From contig CAWBKP010000024.1 of assembly GCA_963789395.1 (NCBI GenBank), forward strand, positions 64,001-128,000: DNA of 64,000 bases, given 5' to 3'. Every line of letters starts with the position of its first letter. Within the stretch, counting starts at the first letter, position 1. Made by a program: the position numbers and the translations under genes. Of the stretch, positions 41,880 through 53,700 are shown piece by piece. This stretch comes from an uncultured delta proteobacterium (GTDB lineage Bacteria > Desulfobacterota > Desulfobacteria > Desulfobacterales > Desulfatirhabdiaceae). The notes under the pieces were generated by a model. It worked only from the letters and a program-made list of their open reading frames with translations. It was not told the origin of the DNA and searched no databases.

Positions 41880-43629
41880 CCAGTTCCTCTTCGATTTTCT
41901 GAAGCCGCAATATTCCGGCATAATAGCCGTTTAATGCCATCAATTCGGCATGCGAACCCGATTCCCGAATACGCCCCTGGTCCAGCACCAGAATCAGATC
42001 GGCGGTTTTAAGGGCCGATAGCCGGTGAGAGACGATGCACAGCGAGCAGTTCCCGGCCCTTGCCCGAAGGGCCTGTAACATGGCATTTCCGGTTTCCGTG
42101 TCCACCTGGCTGATGGGGTCATCCAGTATGAGAAGCGCCGGGGACTGGATCAGGCATCTGGCAAGGGCGATCCGCTGTTTCTGGCCTCCGGACAGGATCA
42201 CGCCTTTTTCGCCCACGACCGTATCCAGTCCATGGGGAAACGCCTGAATGGTATCCAGGAGCGAGGCCTCACTGGCGGCCTGGGTGATGTCCGCGTCGCT
42301 GAACCGCGGATCGCCGAATGCAATATTGTCCCGGATGGTTCCGGCAAATAGAAACGGCTCCTGGGGCATGAGTGCGATCCGGGACCGAAGCTCCTGCAGG
42401 GGATAGTCGCGGATATCGATCCGATTCAGTCGGATTGCGCCGCTGCTGACATCATACAGCCTGGGAATCAGGCTCAGCAGCGTGGTCTTGCCGCTGCCCG
42501 GAGGACCGGCAATCCCCAGAATCTTGCCGGGTTCCAGAGTGAAATGAATGTCTGCCAGAGCAGGCTGAAGATCCGATTGATAGGAAAAATGCACCCGATC
42601 AAATTCCAGCGTGCCGTTCGAAGGCCGGATGCCGGATGCCGTCAGTTGTGCGTTGTCTGTCTTGTCCGCAATATCCGGCAGTCTTTCCATGATCCGGTTG
42701 ATCCGGTCCAGAGAGGCCTTGCCGCGCTGAATCAGATTGGTTACCCATCCCATGGCCATCATGGGCCAGGTCAAAAGCCCCAGATAGCTGATAAAGGCCA
42801 CAAAATCTCCCGGCGTGATCTGAGCCAGTATGGTATGACGGCCACCCAGAAACAGAAGGAGCGCCAGGCTGACGTTTGACAGGAATATCATCATGGATGT
42901 CAGGGCACCGGTGACTTGCACCAGACGAATGTTTTGGCGGACATACGCACGGGAAACACCATCAATGCGGGCGGTTTCAAGAGGTTCGGTATGATGGGCC
43001 TTGACGATGCGTATTCCGGTAAAGCGTTCCCGGACCGCTTCGGTAAGATTCGAAAATGCCGCCTGTACGTCCTGATAGCGCTGATGCATTTTCCTGCTGA
43101 AAAACCGGGTCCCGATAACGATCAACGGCATGGGAATCAGGACAACCAGGGTAAGCTGTACATGAATATAGGCCATAAAGCCGATGGCCGCGGCTCCCAT
43201 GATGATCGAGTCCGTAAGTGCCACCATGCCCATCCCGACGGCCATCCGCAGATGCTGAATATCGTTTGTTGCATGGGCCATGAGATCTCCGGTTTTGACA
43301 TGATCGAAATACCGGGCGGAAAGCGTCTGTAAATGAAAAAAAAGCCGGTTCCTCAGCCCTTCTTCCACTTCCCTGGCCATGCCGATCAAACAACGCCGCC
43401 ACACATAGCGAAAGGCGCCCATGGCAAGGGCGATTCCCACAATCTCAAAGCCGTACACCAGAAGTCCGGTTGGGGTGATTGCAAATGCTGTCAGATCGTC
43501 AATCACCCATTTGATTATCCGGGGGATCACCAGTTGTAAAAAATCCACAAGAATCAGGCAGGAGATTCCCGTTGCAATGATCAGGCGATTCTTCCGGAAA
43601 TAAGGCAGGATCAGCTGGAACGATTTCAT
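41854..43629 (-). CDS. ABC exporter, fused permease/ATPase (MdlA-like half, degenerate Walker B)
   Basis: TGDLMAHATND, GPPGSGKT, LSGGQKQR and ILDD. Confidence 0.92.
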   Translation of the reverse strand: MKSFQLILPYFRKNRLIIATGISCLILVDFLQLVIPRIIKWVIDDLTAFAITPTGLLVYGFEIVGIALAMGAFRYVWRRCLIGMAREVEEGLRNRLFFHLQTLSARYFDHVKTGDLMAHATNDIQHLRMAVGMGMVALTDSIIMGAAAIGFMAYIHVQLTLVVLIPMPLIVIGTRFFSRKMHQRYQDVQAAFSNLTEAVRERFTGIRIVKAHHTEPLETARIDGVSRAYVRQNIRLVQVTGALTSMMIFLSNVSLALLLFLGGRHTILAQITPGDFVAFISYLGLLTWPMMAMGWVTNLIQRGKASLDRINRIMERLPDIADKTDNAQLTASGIRPSNGTLEFDRVHFSYQSDLQPALADIHFTLEPGKILGIAGPPGSGKTTLLSLIPRLYDVSSGAIRLNRIDIRDYPLQELRSRIALMPQEPFLFAGTIRDNIAFGDPRFSDADITQAASEASLLDTIQAFPHGLDTVVGEKGVILSGGQKQRIALARCLIQSPALLILDDPISQVDTETGNAMLQALRARAGNCSLCIVSHRLSALKTADLILVLDQGRIRESGSHAELMALNGYYAGILRLQKIEEELDANERRIL

Positions 43630-43782
43630 CTTTCGACTATAAAACAATTTGCGCCAAAGTCAATTCGAATGGTTCCGAACGAAAAGAACCAATTGATTCT
43701 CCGTACCGGCATCTTATTGTCAGCAAATGACTTCAAACGGCAATTCGATCGGGGCAATAAAAAGGCAGTAACCGGGGCGTCT

Positions 43783-46748
43783 TCAGTTGGTTATGACTTC
43801 AGCCGGCATGGTTGAATTGTCCTTGTCAAGTACCTCGCGGATTTTGGAAGAAATACGATAAATATCAAATGGCTTTTGAATAAAACTGTTGCATCCCAGC
43901 TTTGAAATCCGGGCGGCATCCTCGGACAGGCTGTATCCGCTGGAAACAAGTACTTTCATCCCGGGCTGGATTTGGTTCAAAGGTTAAACGTTTCACTGCC
44001 ATTCATTTCGGGCATGATCATGTCGAGAATCGTCAAGTGAATTTCATTCTTTCTTTTCCATGAATACTTCAATAGCTTCTTTACCGCTTCTGGCTGAAAT
44101 GACCTTGTAATTCAAGTTGTTAAGCATCTCGGTACCAACCTCTATCATAACAGCTTCATCATCGACAAGCAGTATGGTCTCATCTCCCTTGAACAGTTTT
44201 TCCTGCAGTGGTTGCTATTTCTTTTTGGGCGGCTTTTGCAGAGATTGGAAGATGAATGATAAAATTACTGCCATGGCCTATTTCGCTCTCGACATCGATA
44301 AAACCGCCATGAGATTTAACAATGCCATAGGCTGAGGCCAGACCAAGGCCTGTTCCCCGCCCCATCTCCTTGGTTGTGAAAAAAGGCTCGAAAATCCTTT
44401 GTTTCGTTTTCTCATCCATCCCGATGCCGGTGTCTTTCACACTGATTCTGACATATTTGCCGGGTGTGTAATAACTGTTTTGAGTTTCGGTTTCTTCAAG
44501 GATGCAGTTTTGGGTTTCAATATGAATGCGCCCTCCTCCCGGCATGGCTTGTGAGGCGTTGAGATAAAGATTAAGAAGAACCTGCTCAATTTGCCCCTGA
44601 TCAACTTCAACCGTCCAGAGGTTGGGTTCCAGATGGTGGTTATCGGCAACCTCTTTTTTTGTACGGCCAAACATTCGAGAACTTTTTATGATCAGTTCAT
44701 TCATGTTGGCAGGCGTGATCTCGTATTTCCCCCCCCTTGCAAATCCCAGCAATTGTCTGGTAAGGTCCGCACCGCGAATCACATAGTGCTCAATATTCTT
44801 CAGTTTTTCGTAATGATAGTGACTTGGATCGGTTTTTAACATCATCAGGGAAGTATAACCCTGAATGCCCATCAGCAGATTGTTAAAATCATGGGCGATG
44901 CCGCCGGCAAGTGTTCCGACCGCTTCCATCTTTTGGGCCTGTATGAGCTGTTTCTCAAGCTCCATTCTTTTGGTTTCCGCCAATTCTTTTTCTTCTATTA
45001 GCTCCCATAGTCGACGGTTTGAATCCCATAATTCCATTTCCGATTTTTTAAGCTCAGTGATATCTCTGAAAGTACCCACAACGCCAGTGACATTTCCATC
45101 AGAATCGATATTCGGCGCGCCGCTCATGTGAAACAGTCGTTCTGAGCCATCTTTGTGCAATATCGAGCCGTAAAAATCGTACCATTCTTTGTTTTTGATC
45201 CCTGATTTGATTAAAGACATGGATAAATCGTTTCGATATCTTCTTTTTTTACGAAATCGATAAATCGTTTTCCTTCCACATCTTCTTTCCGATGCCCCAG
45301 GATTCTTTCCCAGGCAGGATTGACATAAGAAAACCTTCCATTGGCGTTAATCGTATAAATGATATCCGGGGCATTTTCAGTGAGGGCTCTGAACTGCTGC
45401 TCTCTGTTCCGGATCAATTCGTAAAATCTGGCATTATTGATGCTGATTCCAAGCTGGGGGGCGATGCCTAAAAATAGATTGATATCACTCTGATTCAGCG
45501 GTCGTTTCGAGTGATGGTTATCCACGGCCAGAATGCCTTCGGACCGGCCTTCATAGACAATCGGAACACAAATAAAAGATTTGACATTTAGTTTTCTAAC
45601 AAATTCGCGGCTTCTTTCCGAAATATCTTTCGAGGAGTTTCATTAAAGTCGTTTATTAAAAAAGGTTTTTGCTGTTTAAAGGAAACGATAAATGGTCCTC
45701 TGGATTTCGGATTGTCCAGATGAAACTCTGTGTTTTTTAACAGAGCTTCTTCATCCGGGGTGTATCCATAGCCAACTCTATAAACCAGACGGGTTCTATC
45801 CTTATTAGCAAGCATGATCAATCCACGATCAAAATTCAATCGCTTGTCAACTGTTTCCATCGTGAATTTAAGGAGTTTGTCAATATCCAGAATACTGGAG
45901 GCTGCCTGTCCGATTTCCTGAACCAGCATGGCATTGTTATATCTTGCATTGATCTCATCCAGAAGATTATTGCCGAATTGCCGTGATCTTTAAAAATTGA
46001 CGAAAGTTCTCTTTTTTCCAGATGAACCTGATACAAGGATATGCCCATCACAGCCAGAATCAACTGACAAGATGGCTATAGATACTGTAACTGCTCGGAA
46101 GGGTGAAAAAAAAGAATGGGACAGATGATTAAACAGAGAAGGTAGCTGTAAGTTCGATATTCTTTTCCAGATAAACGAAGGTGTGGACTTCCAGGTGATC
46201 CTGTAAACACAACGGTCACCGGAAATATGCATACAGGTTGTATGTTCAATCTCAGCCAATTCATTTGTGAATAGCTTGGCGATCCCTTCAAACATTCCCA
46301 GCCGATTTTCGACACTGGTAGGGCTTTTCTGTTACACCGGGATTCTGAATAGCTGTGACTTCGACTTGATTGTGTCCGATTTTTCTGGTTTCTAAAGATG
46401 AACCCTTGACTCATATGGGGATAATATTTCCTGAGAGCGTATAGGCAGCTGATGGAGTAATAAATCCCAGTGCGTATTGAGATACATTTCCTGCTGCTTT
46501 AGAAAAAGGCGTGAATTGCCCGAGCTTTTCTGGCAATATCTTGGATCTCCTGACGTCTTTACAAGAATTTCATAAAACCGATCAACCTGCGTTTGAGTCA
46601 GCCAGTGTCCCTCATCCTCAAGCTGGTAGGTGGTAATTCCGGCAGTAATCAAGAATCGGCATGTATATTCAGATCGGGAAGATATACGGCTTATATATTC
46701 AACGAAGCTTTTGATGATTCTCGAATTATATAAGGGGATGTCTTCCAT
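43783..46748 (-). CDS. Hybrid sensor histidine kinase (V4R/HNOB-like sensor - TM - GAF - PAS - HisKA - HATPase - REC), broken by several frameshifts
   Basis: Successive fragments: [35 protein letters not shown] (FDRGLIML), PAS ([12 protein letters not shown]), [17 protein letters not shown] and receiver (LLVDDE, LDMIMP, SSGY, QKP). Confidence 0.8.
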
Positions 46749-46774
46749 TTTTCATCAATCCAGATGTGACTGCT

Positions 46775-48848
46775 GTCAGTTCGTACTTCATTCTGAATTT
46801 TTTTTGCACATAATCCATGAATTGATTCGATATAACGCATATCTCGTGATCCAAAGCTGGTATTGTTTTTCATAGGAAATACAGGATGCTTTGATGATTG
46901 ATGGCAGGATAAAGGAGGAGAGTGATCTTGTCAAGGTTATACACTCTTCCCAATTTTGGCACTGCAAGAGAAAGCAATTCCGGTGGCAGCCTCCCGAGGA
47001 TTCGTAATCAGCACTTTGATACAATTCAGAAGATTTGACATATTAATCGCTATATCGGATTGATCAACGATAAAAACAGCTTTAAGATAATTCTGATATA
47101 ATCAACGAATAAATCCGCCATTTTCTTAAAAAACCAAGGCGTTCGAAAATTTTCTCCAAAGACTCATTGCCAGGGATCAGATTTTCCCGGGACGCAGGAT
47201 ATTCAGCAAAAGACCTCCGGAGTGATGCTTATAAAATTGTTCCAATTCCCATAAATCAAGAGGTGTGCTTTCCCTTAATCATCCATTCCTGGGGAAGGTC
47301 CTTCTTAGGAGAAGTGGCAGGAAAGTGTCAGATATGTAAAAAGATCCAATGAACAAGCTTGAGGGTTGTTAATATCCCTTGCGAATCCTCCAAAGACACG
47401 GTCGGGGAATTTATTTTCAGGTCGGAAATACAGAGATAACATAATCCATTTGTGCCGAAGAGAATTGATACATGCCATGTAAAAAAAGCATCATTTGCCG
47501 TAATACAGCAAAACCGGCAAGCTTATTTTCATTTGGTCTGGAAGCATGATGTTGAATGAGCCAGGTGCGTTCATAGGCTCTGATCATGGATATATGTCCG
47601 CAAATCCGTCCGTTTTTGTTGTAGGTAATGTGCCTGGCAATTTCAGGATTTTCCTGATAGAGTTTCCGATAAGTTTCGATGAATTTCTTGCGATGTGCTT
47701 GGAAAAAACCATATTTTTCGGGATAAATGAATCCCGCCTGGAAAAAGAATTCCCAGAGGGCATCCATATCAACCTTTGTTGAGACAGAGATTTTAGGGTC
47801 TGTGTTTATACCGAGAAGGTGATTGATGCGACTGTATGAATGAATATCCATATCCAGAATGGCAACGCCATACTGGATATCTTTCTCTTCCATCCGCCTG
47901 TAGATGATCTGCGCGGTGCAATTGGCAATGAAGATGCCAGCAAGAAGAATGGAAAGATCAGGAATCATCATGCCCGGCATGAATATCTCATCATCCGGTT
48001 TGTCGCGGATGGAAAAGCCAGTTGAAGAAATGTCAAAGATATCTCTTTGAATTTTTTTCTTTATAAAAGGATGGTCAAATACTGCGGTCAGGGGTGGGTT
48101 AATTTGACGTCGGGGGTTGCGAATTTTTTTTGCTGGAAAGCGGCTAATATGCAGGCTTTCCGAAGCAAATACGATTTCCTTTGATATATCATGATCATCT
48201 TGCCAGCGGATACATCTGCAAGACTCGGAATAAATTGTTGTCTCATTCGAAAAGAAGGCGAATAGAAACAGGAACATCTGGATTGAACCAGCAATGATGT
48301 TGAAGTGTTTCCGAGCCTGTTTTGATGCGAAATGCCGTGGAACTGAAGTCTATCAACTCGCCTGTGACTACAAAATCACTTTGTATCAATACGGCTGTTA
48401 CGCCACTGCAAGGATATCTCTGGGACTGGCGTTGATTCAAAGCATGGCTTCTCTCGGGCAATTCGATGGTGAAGCTGTCATTGTCACTCCACAACAGGCT
48501 AAAAGGAACGATGATCATGTGTGGATTGGAGATGATGACAAGACAAAGGGGATGGTGTGATTTTAATTTGTATTGAAAATAGGATTCATCCCATCGGCAG
48601 GTCAATTGATTGCCGAGACAAGGTTCAGGGTGGGCTTTTACGAGCAGGCTGTTTTGATAGACCGGATGTTTCAAGAGAATAAACAGCGGGCTACCAATGA
48701 AATGATGATGATTGATGATATTGATCAGTTTCTTCTGATCGATGGCCTTTGCGGCCTCGAAAGTCCTGAACAGGTCAGCATGCTGAAAAAATCGTGGGGG
48801 AGTGAATTGGTTTTCCTTACAGCGATTCTCATTGGCTTCACTATCCAC
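46775..48848 (-). CDS. Tandem PilZ domain protein with C-terminal GNAT/acyltransferase-like region, broken by several frameshifts (3' end approximate)
   Basis: PilZ motif pairs RQSQR + DFSSTAF and RNPRR + DISSTGF. Then FFQAGFIYPEK, GHISMIRAYERTWLIQHHA and YFRPENKFP. Further coding fragments (LEQFYKHHSGGLLL, DQSDIAINMSNLLNCIKV, YEKQYQLW) reach ~46780. Confidence 0.72.
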
Positions 48849-48909
48849 GCGAATGAATTTCCTCTCTCATTGAACTCTTTGAATCTTTTTGGATCTGTGA
48901 TAATTAGCC

Positions 48910-48938
48910 TATATACAAATACAACGCTTGTGTGTCAA
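48910..48938 (-). promoter_or_regulatory. Sigma70-type promoter for the PilZ/kinase operon
   Basis: Minus strand TTGACA-N17-TATATA, ~60 nt upstream of the ATG at 48848. Confidence 0.6.
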
Positions 48939-48948
48939 GATAATTAAA

Positions 48949-48964
48949 CCACAAGATATTGTGG
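48949..48964. promoter_or_regulatory. 16-bp palindromic operator resembling an NrdR box
   Basis: CCACAAGATATTGTGG versus the NrdR consensus acaCwAtATaTwGtgt (13 of 16 positions). Confidence 0.45.
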
Positions 48965-49074
48965 ATATACTGCCAATTCCTGTTATTGAATCTCAGAATG
49001 CCTGATTATTTCGAAATGCTTCGATCTATTCATTAATCTGCTTGGTATGATTTGACAAGTTTTGAAAGAAGTGA

Positions 49075-49924
49075 TGGAATCCCACAGACAATTACTGAAG
49101 ACGTCTGATTTTTATTTAATGGAAAATGCGGAGGAAGCATTCAGGCTTGAGATCAAGACTGACCCGGAAGCGGTTCGACAACAGGCCCTCTGGTGCGGTG
49201 TCAAGCCTGGATTGCGCGTGCTTGATCTCGGGTGCGGCTCCGGGAAAACAACAGCGATTCTTCATGAAATGGTTCAGCCGGGAGGAAGCGCTGCCGGCAT
49301 TGATTTTTCAGCGGATCGTATCGCTTACGCAAAAAAGCATCATGGCCAATTGCCTGGAATTGAATTTTCCGTCTGTAATTTTATGGAGCCGTTATCGGGG
49401 ATCGGTCAATTTGATCTTGATTTGGGTTCGATTCGTCCTGGAGTATTTTCTGGCTGAAAGTCAGGCCATTGTTGAAAATATCAGTCACGCTCTGAAACCG
49501 GGCGGTGTACTCTGCTTGCTTGATCTCGATTATAATTGTCTCAGCCATTATCAGTTGCCCCCGATGATTGAAAATCTTCTGCCAAGGCTCATGAAGCGTC
49601 TGGAAGAAAACTTCGACTTCGACGTCTACGCCGGTCGAAAACTCTATTCATATTTGTACGATCAGGGGTATCAGGATATCCGGGTCAACCTTGTGGCGCA
49701 TCATTTGTTTTACGGTGAGATAAAGGCCGGCGATGTTTATAACTGGATGAAGAAGATCGAGGTCAACGCAGACCGTTTCAGGGATTTATTCGATGAGTAT
49801 CCCGGCGGAAGTGACGTCTTTTATGCATGATTTCAATCAATTTTTAATTGACCCCCGGCGGTTTACCTATACGCCTTTAATCCTTTGCAAGGGGCTGAAG
49901 CCCCGGGATGCTTCAGCAGGATAG
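49075..49924 (+). CDS. Class I SAM-dependent methyltransferase (frameshifts near 49420 and 49820)
   Basis: YLMEN.EEA.RLE.KT, VLDLGCGSG, RFVLEY and LKPGG. The last frame gives DPRRFTYTPLILCKG to TAG at 49922-49924. Confidence 0.8.
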
Positions 49925-50000
49925 GGGGCTGAAATCCCTATTCTGCTCTTTTATTGCCGGCAAATTCATTGGCTCAATAACCAATCATCCGGATGGAGCG

Positions 50001-50582
50001 ATGACATCATTTCAAAAACTGCTGCTCACTGAACCGCATGTCTGTCCCTGGTGGCTCGCCTATACATTCGACAATCCATTTCGAAGGCTTTTTCATAAAC
50101 CGGAGACGATTTTCAGCCCTTATCTTAAAAAAGGGATGACCGCAGTGGATCTGGGATGTGGCATGGGATATTTTTCCATCGGCATGGCCCGGATGGTCGG
50201 AGATACCGGAAAGGTCATTTCCGTGGATATTCAACAGAAAATGCTGGATATTCTTGAGAAGCGGGCATCAAAAGCAGGTGTGGGGCAGCGGATTCATACC
50301 CATTGTGCTACCCCGAATAACATCGGTCTGCCCCGTCAATCCGATGGAATCGATCTGGCGCTGACTTTCTGGATGGTGCATGAGACCCCGAACATCGAAA
50401 ACTTTGTTGCCGAGGTTTATTCTCTCATTAAGCCCGGCGGGAAATACCTTCTGGCGGAACCCAAAGGCCATGTCACTCCGGCGCATTTCCAGCGCATCAC
50501 GGACTCTGCCGTTTATGCAGGGTTTCATGTTCTGAACCATCCCCGAATTGCCCTGAGCCATGCCGCCTGGTTTCAAAAATGA
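50001..50582 (+). CDS. Class I SAM-dependent methyltransferase
   Basis: Motifs HVCPWW, DLGCGMG, VDIQ, FWMVHE and KPGG. GGAG RBS. Confidence 0.88.
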   Translation: MTSFQKLLLTEPHVCPWWLAYTFDNPFRRLFHKPETIFSPYLKKGMTAVDLGCGMGYFSIGMARMVGDTGKVISVDIQQKMLDILEKRASKAGVGQRIHTHCATPNNIGLPRQSDGIDLALTFWMVHETPNIENFVAEVYSLIKPGGKYLLAEPKGHVTPAHFQRITDSAVYAGFHVLNHPRIALSHAAWFQK

Positions 50583-50709
50583 ATAAACGCGGGCCGGAAG
50601 CATTTCGGCCCATCGTGCTGGTTTCCGGCATTTGCCGGAATGGCGGTATCTGATAACTGCCATATCTTGGGGCGGCAGGTAATATGTGTCATGCCCGATT
50701 CCGAGTCCA

Positions 50710-53700
50710 TCAATGATGCATATGTGAATTTATCCGTTTATGATCTTCCCGAATCAGATTCAGCAGCTCTTCGGCGGATATTCTGCCGGCAATGTCCCCG
50801 CCTTGCAGCAGGGCTCCGGCCAGATTCCGCTTGCGCTGATGCAGGGCGATGATTTTTTCCTCTATGGTGTTCCGGGCGACCAGCCGATACACGGTCACCG
50901 GCCGCTGCTGGCCGATGCGGTGGGCACGGTCGGAAGCCTGGGCTTCCACGGCCGGGTTCCACCAGGGATCCATGTGAATGACGTAATCGGCCGCAGTCAG
51001 GTTCAAGCCAAGCCCCCCTGCTTTCAAGCTGATTAAAAAAACATCTCCGTCACCGGCCTGAAACGCGTCGATTTCTTTTTTTCGATCCCGCATCGCGGTT
51101 CTGCCATCCAGGTAGCGATATCGAATCCGTTTATGATCCAGAAGTTCGCGGATAAGGGTCAGATATCCTACAAACTGGCTGAATACCAGCACCTTGTGAT
51201 TGTTTTCAAGCAGATCCGACACCAGCTTTTCGAAAAGATCCAGCTTGGCGCTCGGAATATTGCTGGCAGGCTGAACCAGCCTGGTATGGCAGCAGGCCTG
51301 ACGAAGTTTGGCGATTTCGGCGAACACGCGGAACTGATAATCCCGTTCTGTGGTGGTTCGGCCGGTTTCGATCTGTTTCAGGGCATTTTTCCGAAGAGAT
51401 TCATAAAAAGCCGCTTCTCCGGGATAAAGGTCCACCTGAAGCATGATTTCCGTCAGGGGGGGAAGCTCCGTCAGAACCTGAGCCTTCATCCGCCGCAGCA
51501 TAAAAGGTTGAATGATTTTTTTAAGTCGATCTCGAGCCGCTGGGTCCTGTTGCCTTTCAATGGGATCTGTAAATGTGGTGAAAAAATGCCGGGCAGATCC
51601 CAGCAGTCCGGGATTGATAAAATTAAACAGGGTAAAGAGCTCTCCCAGACGGTTTTCAATCGGTGTTCCGGTGGTGATGATTTTGAATTTGCCTTTCAGG
51701 GTCATGGCAGCCCGAGACCGTTTTGTCTTCAGGTTTTTAATCACCTGAGCCTCGTCCAGGACAACCGTTTCCCAGATTTTAGAAGACAAAATATCGGATG
51801 CAAGCGTCAGCAGCCCATAGCTGGCCACCAGGACATCGTGGGGTTTGATCTCCTGAACGGCTTTTTCTCGGTGGTGATCTTCCAGTCGAACCACATTCAG
51901 CGTGGGCGCAAACCGGTGAATTTCATCATACCAGTTCAAGCAGACAGAGGCAGGGGCGATCACCAGAGAAGGGCCGTTCGGCGCCCGCTCAAGAAGAATC
52001 GCAAGCACCTGGATGGTTTTCCCCAGTCCCATGTCATCCGCCAGACACGCCCCGACCCCCCAGAAGGATAGGCGGGACAGCCAGGTGTAGCCTTCTATCT
52101 GGTATTTTCGAAGCGTTGTCTTCAGACCCCCGGGAATTTGAGGAACATGTGCGCTGACGCCCCTGATGCGGCCAAGCAGGGTTTGCCATGTTTCGTCAAC
52201 TTCCAGGTGTGTCAGATTCTTTGTGATGCCATCCATCGTCAAAGCGGCAGCCGGATGAAACCGAAGCGTCCGATTCTTGACCTCTGTAAGGGCGCCAATA
52301 GCTTTCAGCTGGTTTATCAGATCCGCTGTCAATGCCAGAAACTGATCCGATCCAAGCGGTAAGAATCGCTTGTGCATTTGTGGAATCATGGCAACCAGAT
52401 CTTTTAATTCAAGGATCATGGTGTCATCCCCAACCAGTTCTCCACTGATTTCAAACCAGCCTGATTTGCCCTTTATCCGCACCCGAAGATCTGAAAGCGA
52501 CATTTCCCGGGAGATGCGCAGTTTTTCACCTTCGGGCCATTCCACAATTACACGGCTCTGTTGCTGAAGGGTATTGAGCTCAAAAAGAATTTCCAGAAAA
52601 ACATGCGGATCGGCAATCAACCATTGCCAGTCGGGGTGCGGAAACTGTGCAAGGGTGGGGCAAGCAGCCGTGACATTGACGGCGTTTTCCAATTCCAGGG
52701 ACAGGTTTCGCTGCAACTGATACGACTGCCCGCCGATATCGGTGATAATCCTTTCAGCGCCTTCTCCGGGTTTCAGTTTGATCCCGCTTTGCGTGAACGG
52801 CTGAACAAAAATAGCAATCCTGAATCCGGATGAACACGATGTCAGATGAATATGCGGCAGTGGATCCGGGTCGATCTCAATCATGGATGCATCGGCTCCG
52901 CCGATGTCCGAGTGCACCACAATCACGGAGGACATAGCGGCAATGGCCTTTAAAACGTCATTTCTGGCTGAAACGGGGATAAAAAGCCCGTTATTGCCGA
53001 TAATGTCGGCAATCCGCTGCTGTTCGGCGCTGAGGCGGACAATGCTCAGGCGGCCGGGAGGCTCATGTGTCACGGCAATGCGATGTTCGATCATTTTCGG
53101 GGAGAAAGACACGACGAACGATGAGTTCAGGGATTCTACAAGGACTTTAGGTTCTCCCCTGACAATTTCAATCGGAAACGCCGGTTGATCGGCCAGAAAA
53201 ACCAGCGGGTGGCCAATCAGCGCCGGAAGTGCCTTGTCCCAGTCAATAAAATACCGGAACACGCGGGCATTGTGTTTAACTTTTTCTATACTGGAACAAA
53301 GAATCTGATCTTGCCGGGTCATATATTCCAGTTGCGGATTGTTGAATAACCGGCCCAGTGGAAGGACTCTTCCCGGAGACCAGGTTCCGGAAGCCGAGCG
53401 TTTCTGCTCCCTGGGAATGAGTTCAAGATGCCGATCCTCCAGCCGGATCATCCATGTCAGGCGAAGCGCTCCGGGTTTGATACGGTTTTGCGATGGGGAA
53501 CTCAGAGAATAGGTAAGGGCATGAAGGCGTGTTTTCCATGGTTCATCCGGTTCGATAATGGTCAAAAGCGAGTGAATGCCACATTCTGCCTGCATGCGAC
53601 GTACGTAATCCGTTCGGTCCTTATCCGGTGAATGCGCAGAATTCAATAATGCCGCGCATTCCAAAGCCAGCCAGTGAAGTCCGGCTTTTTTTGCCCGGGT

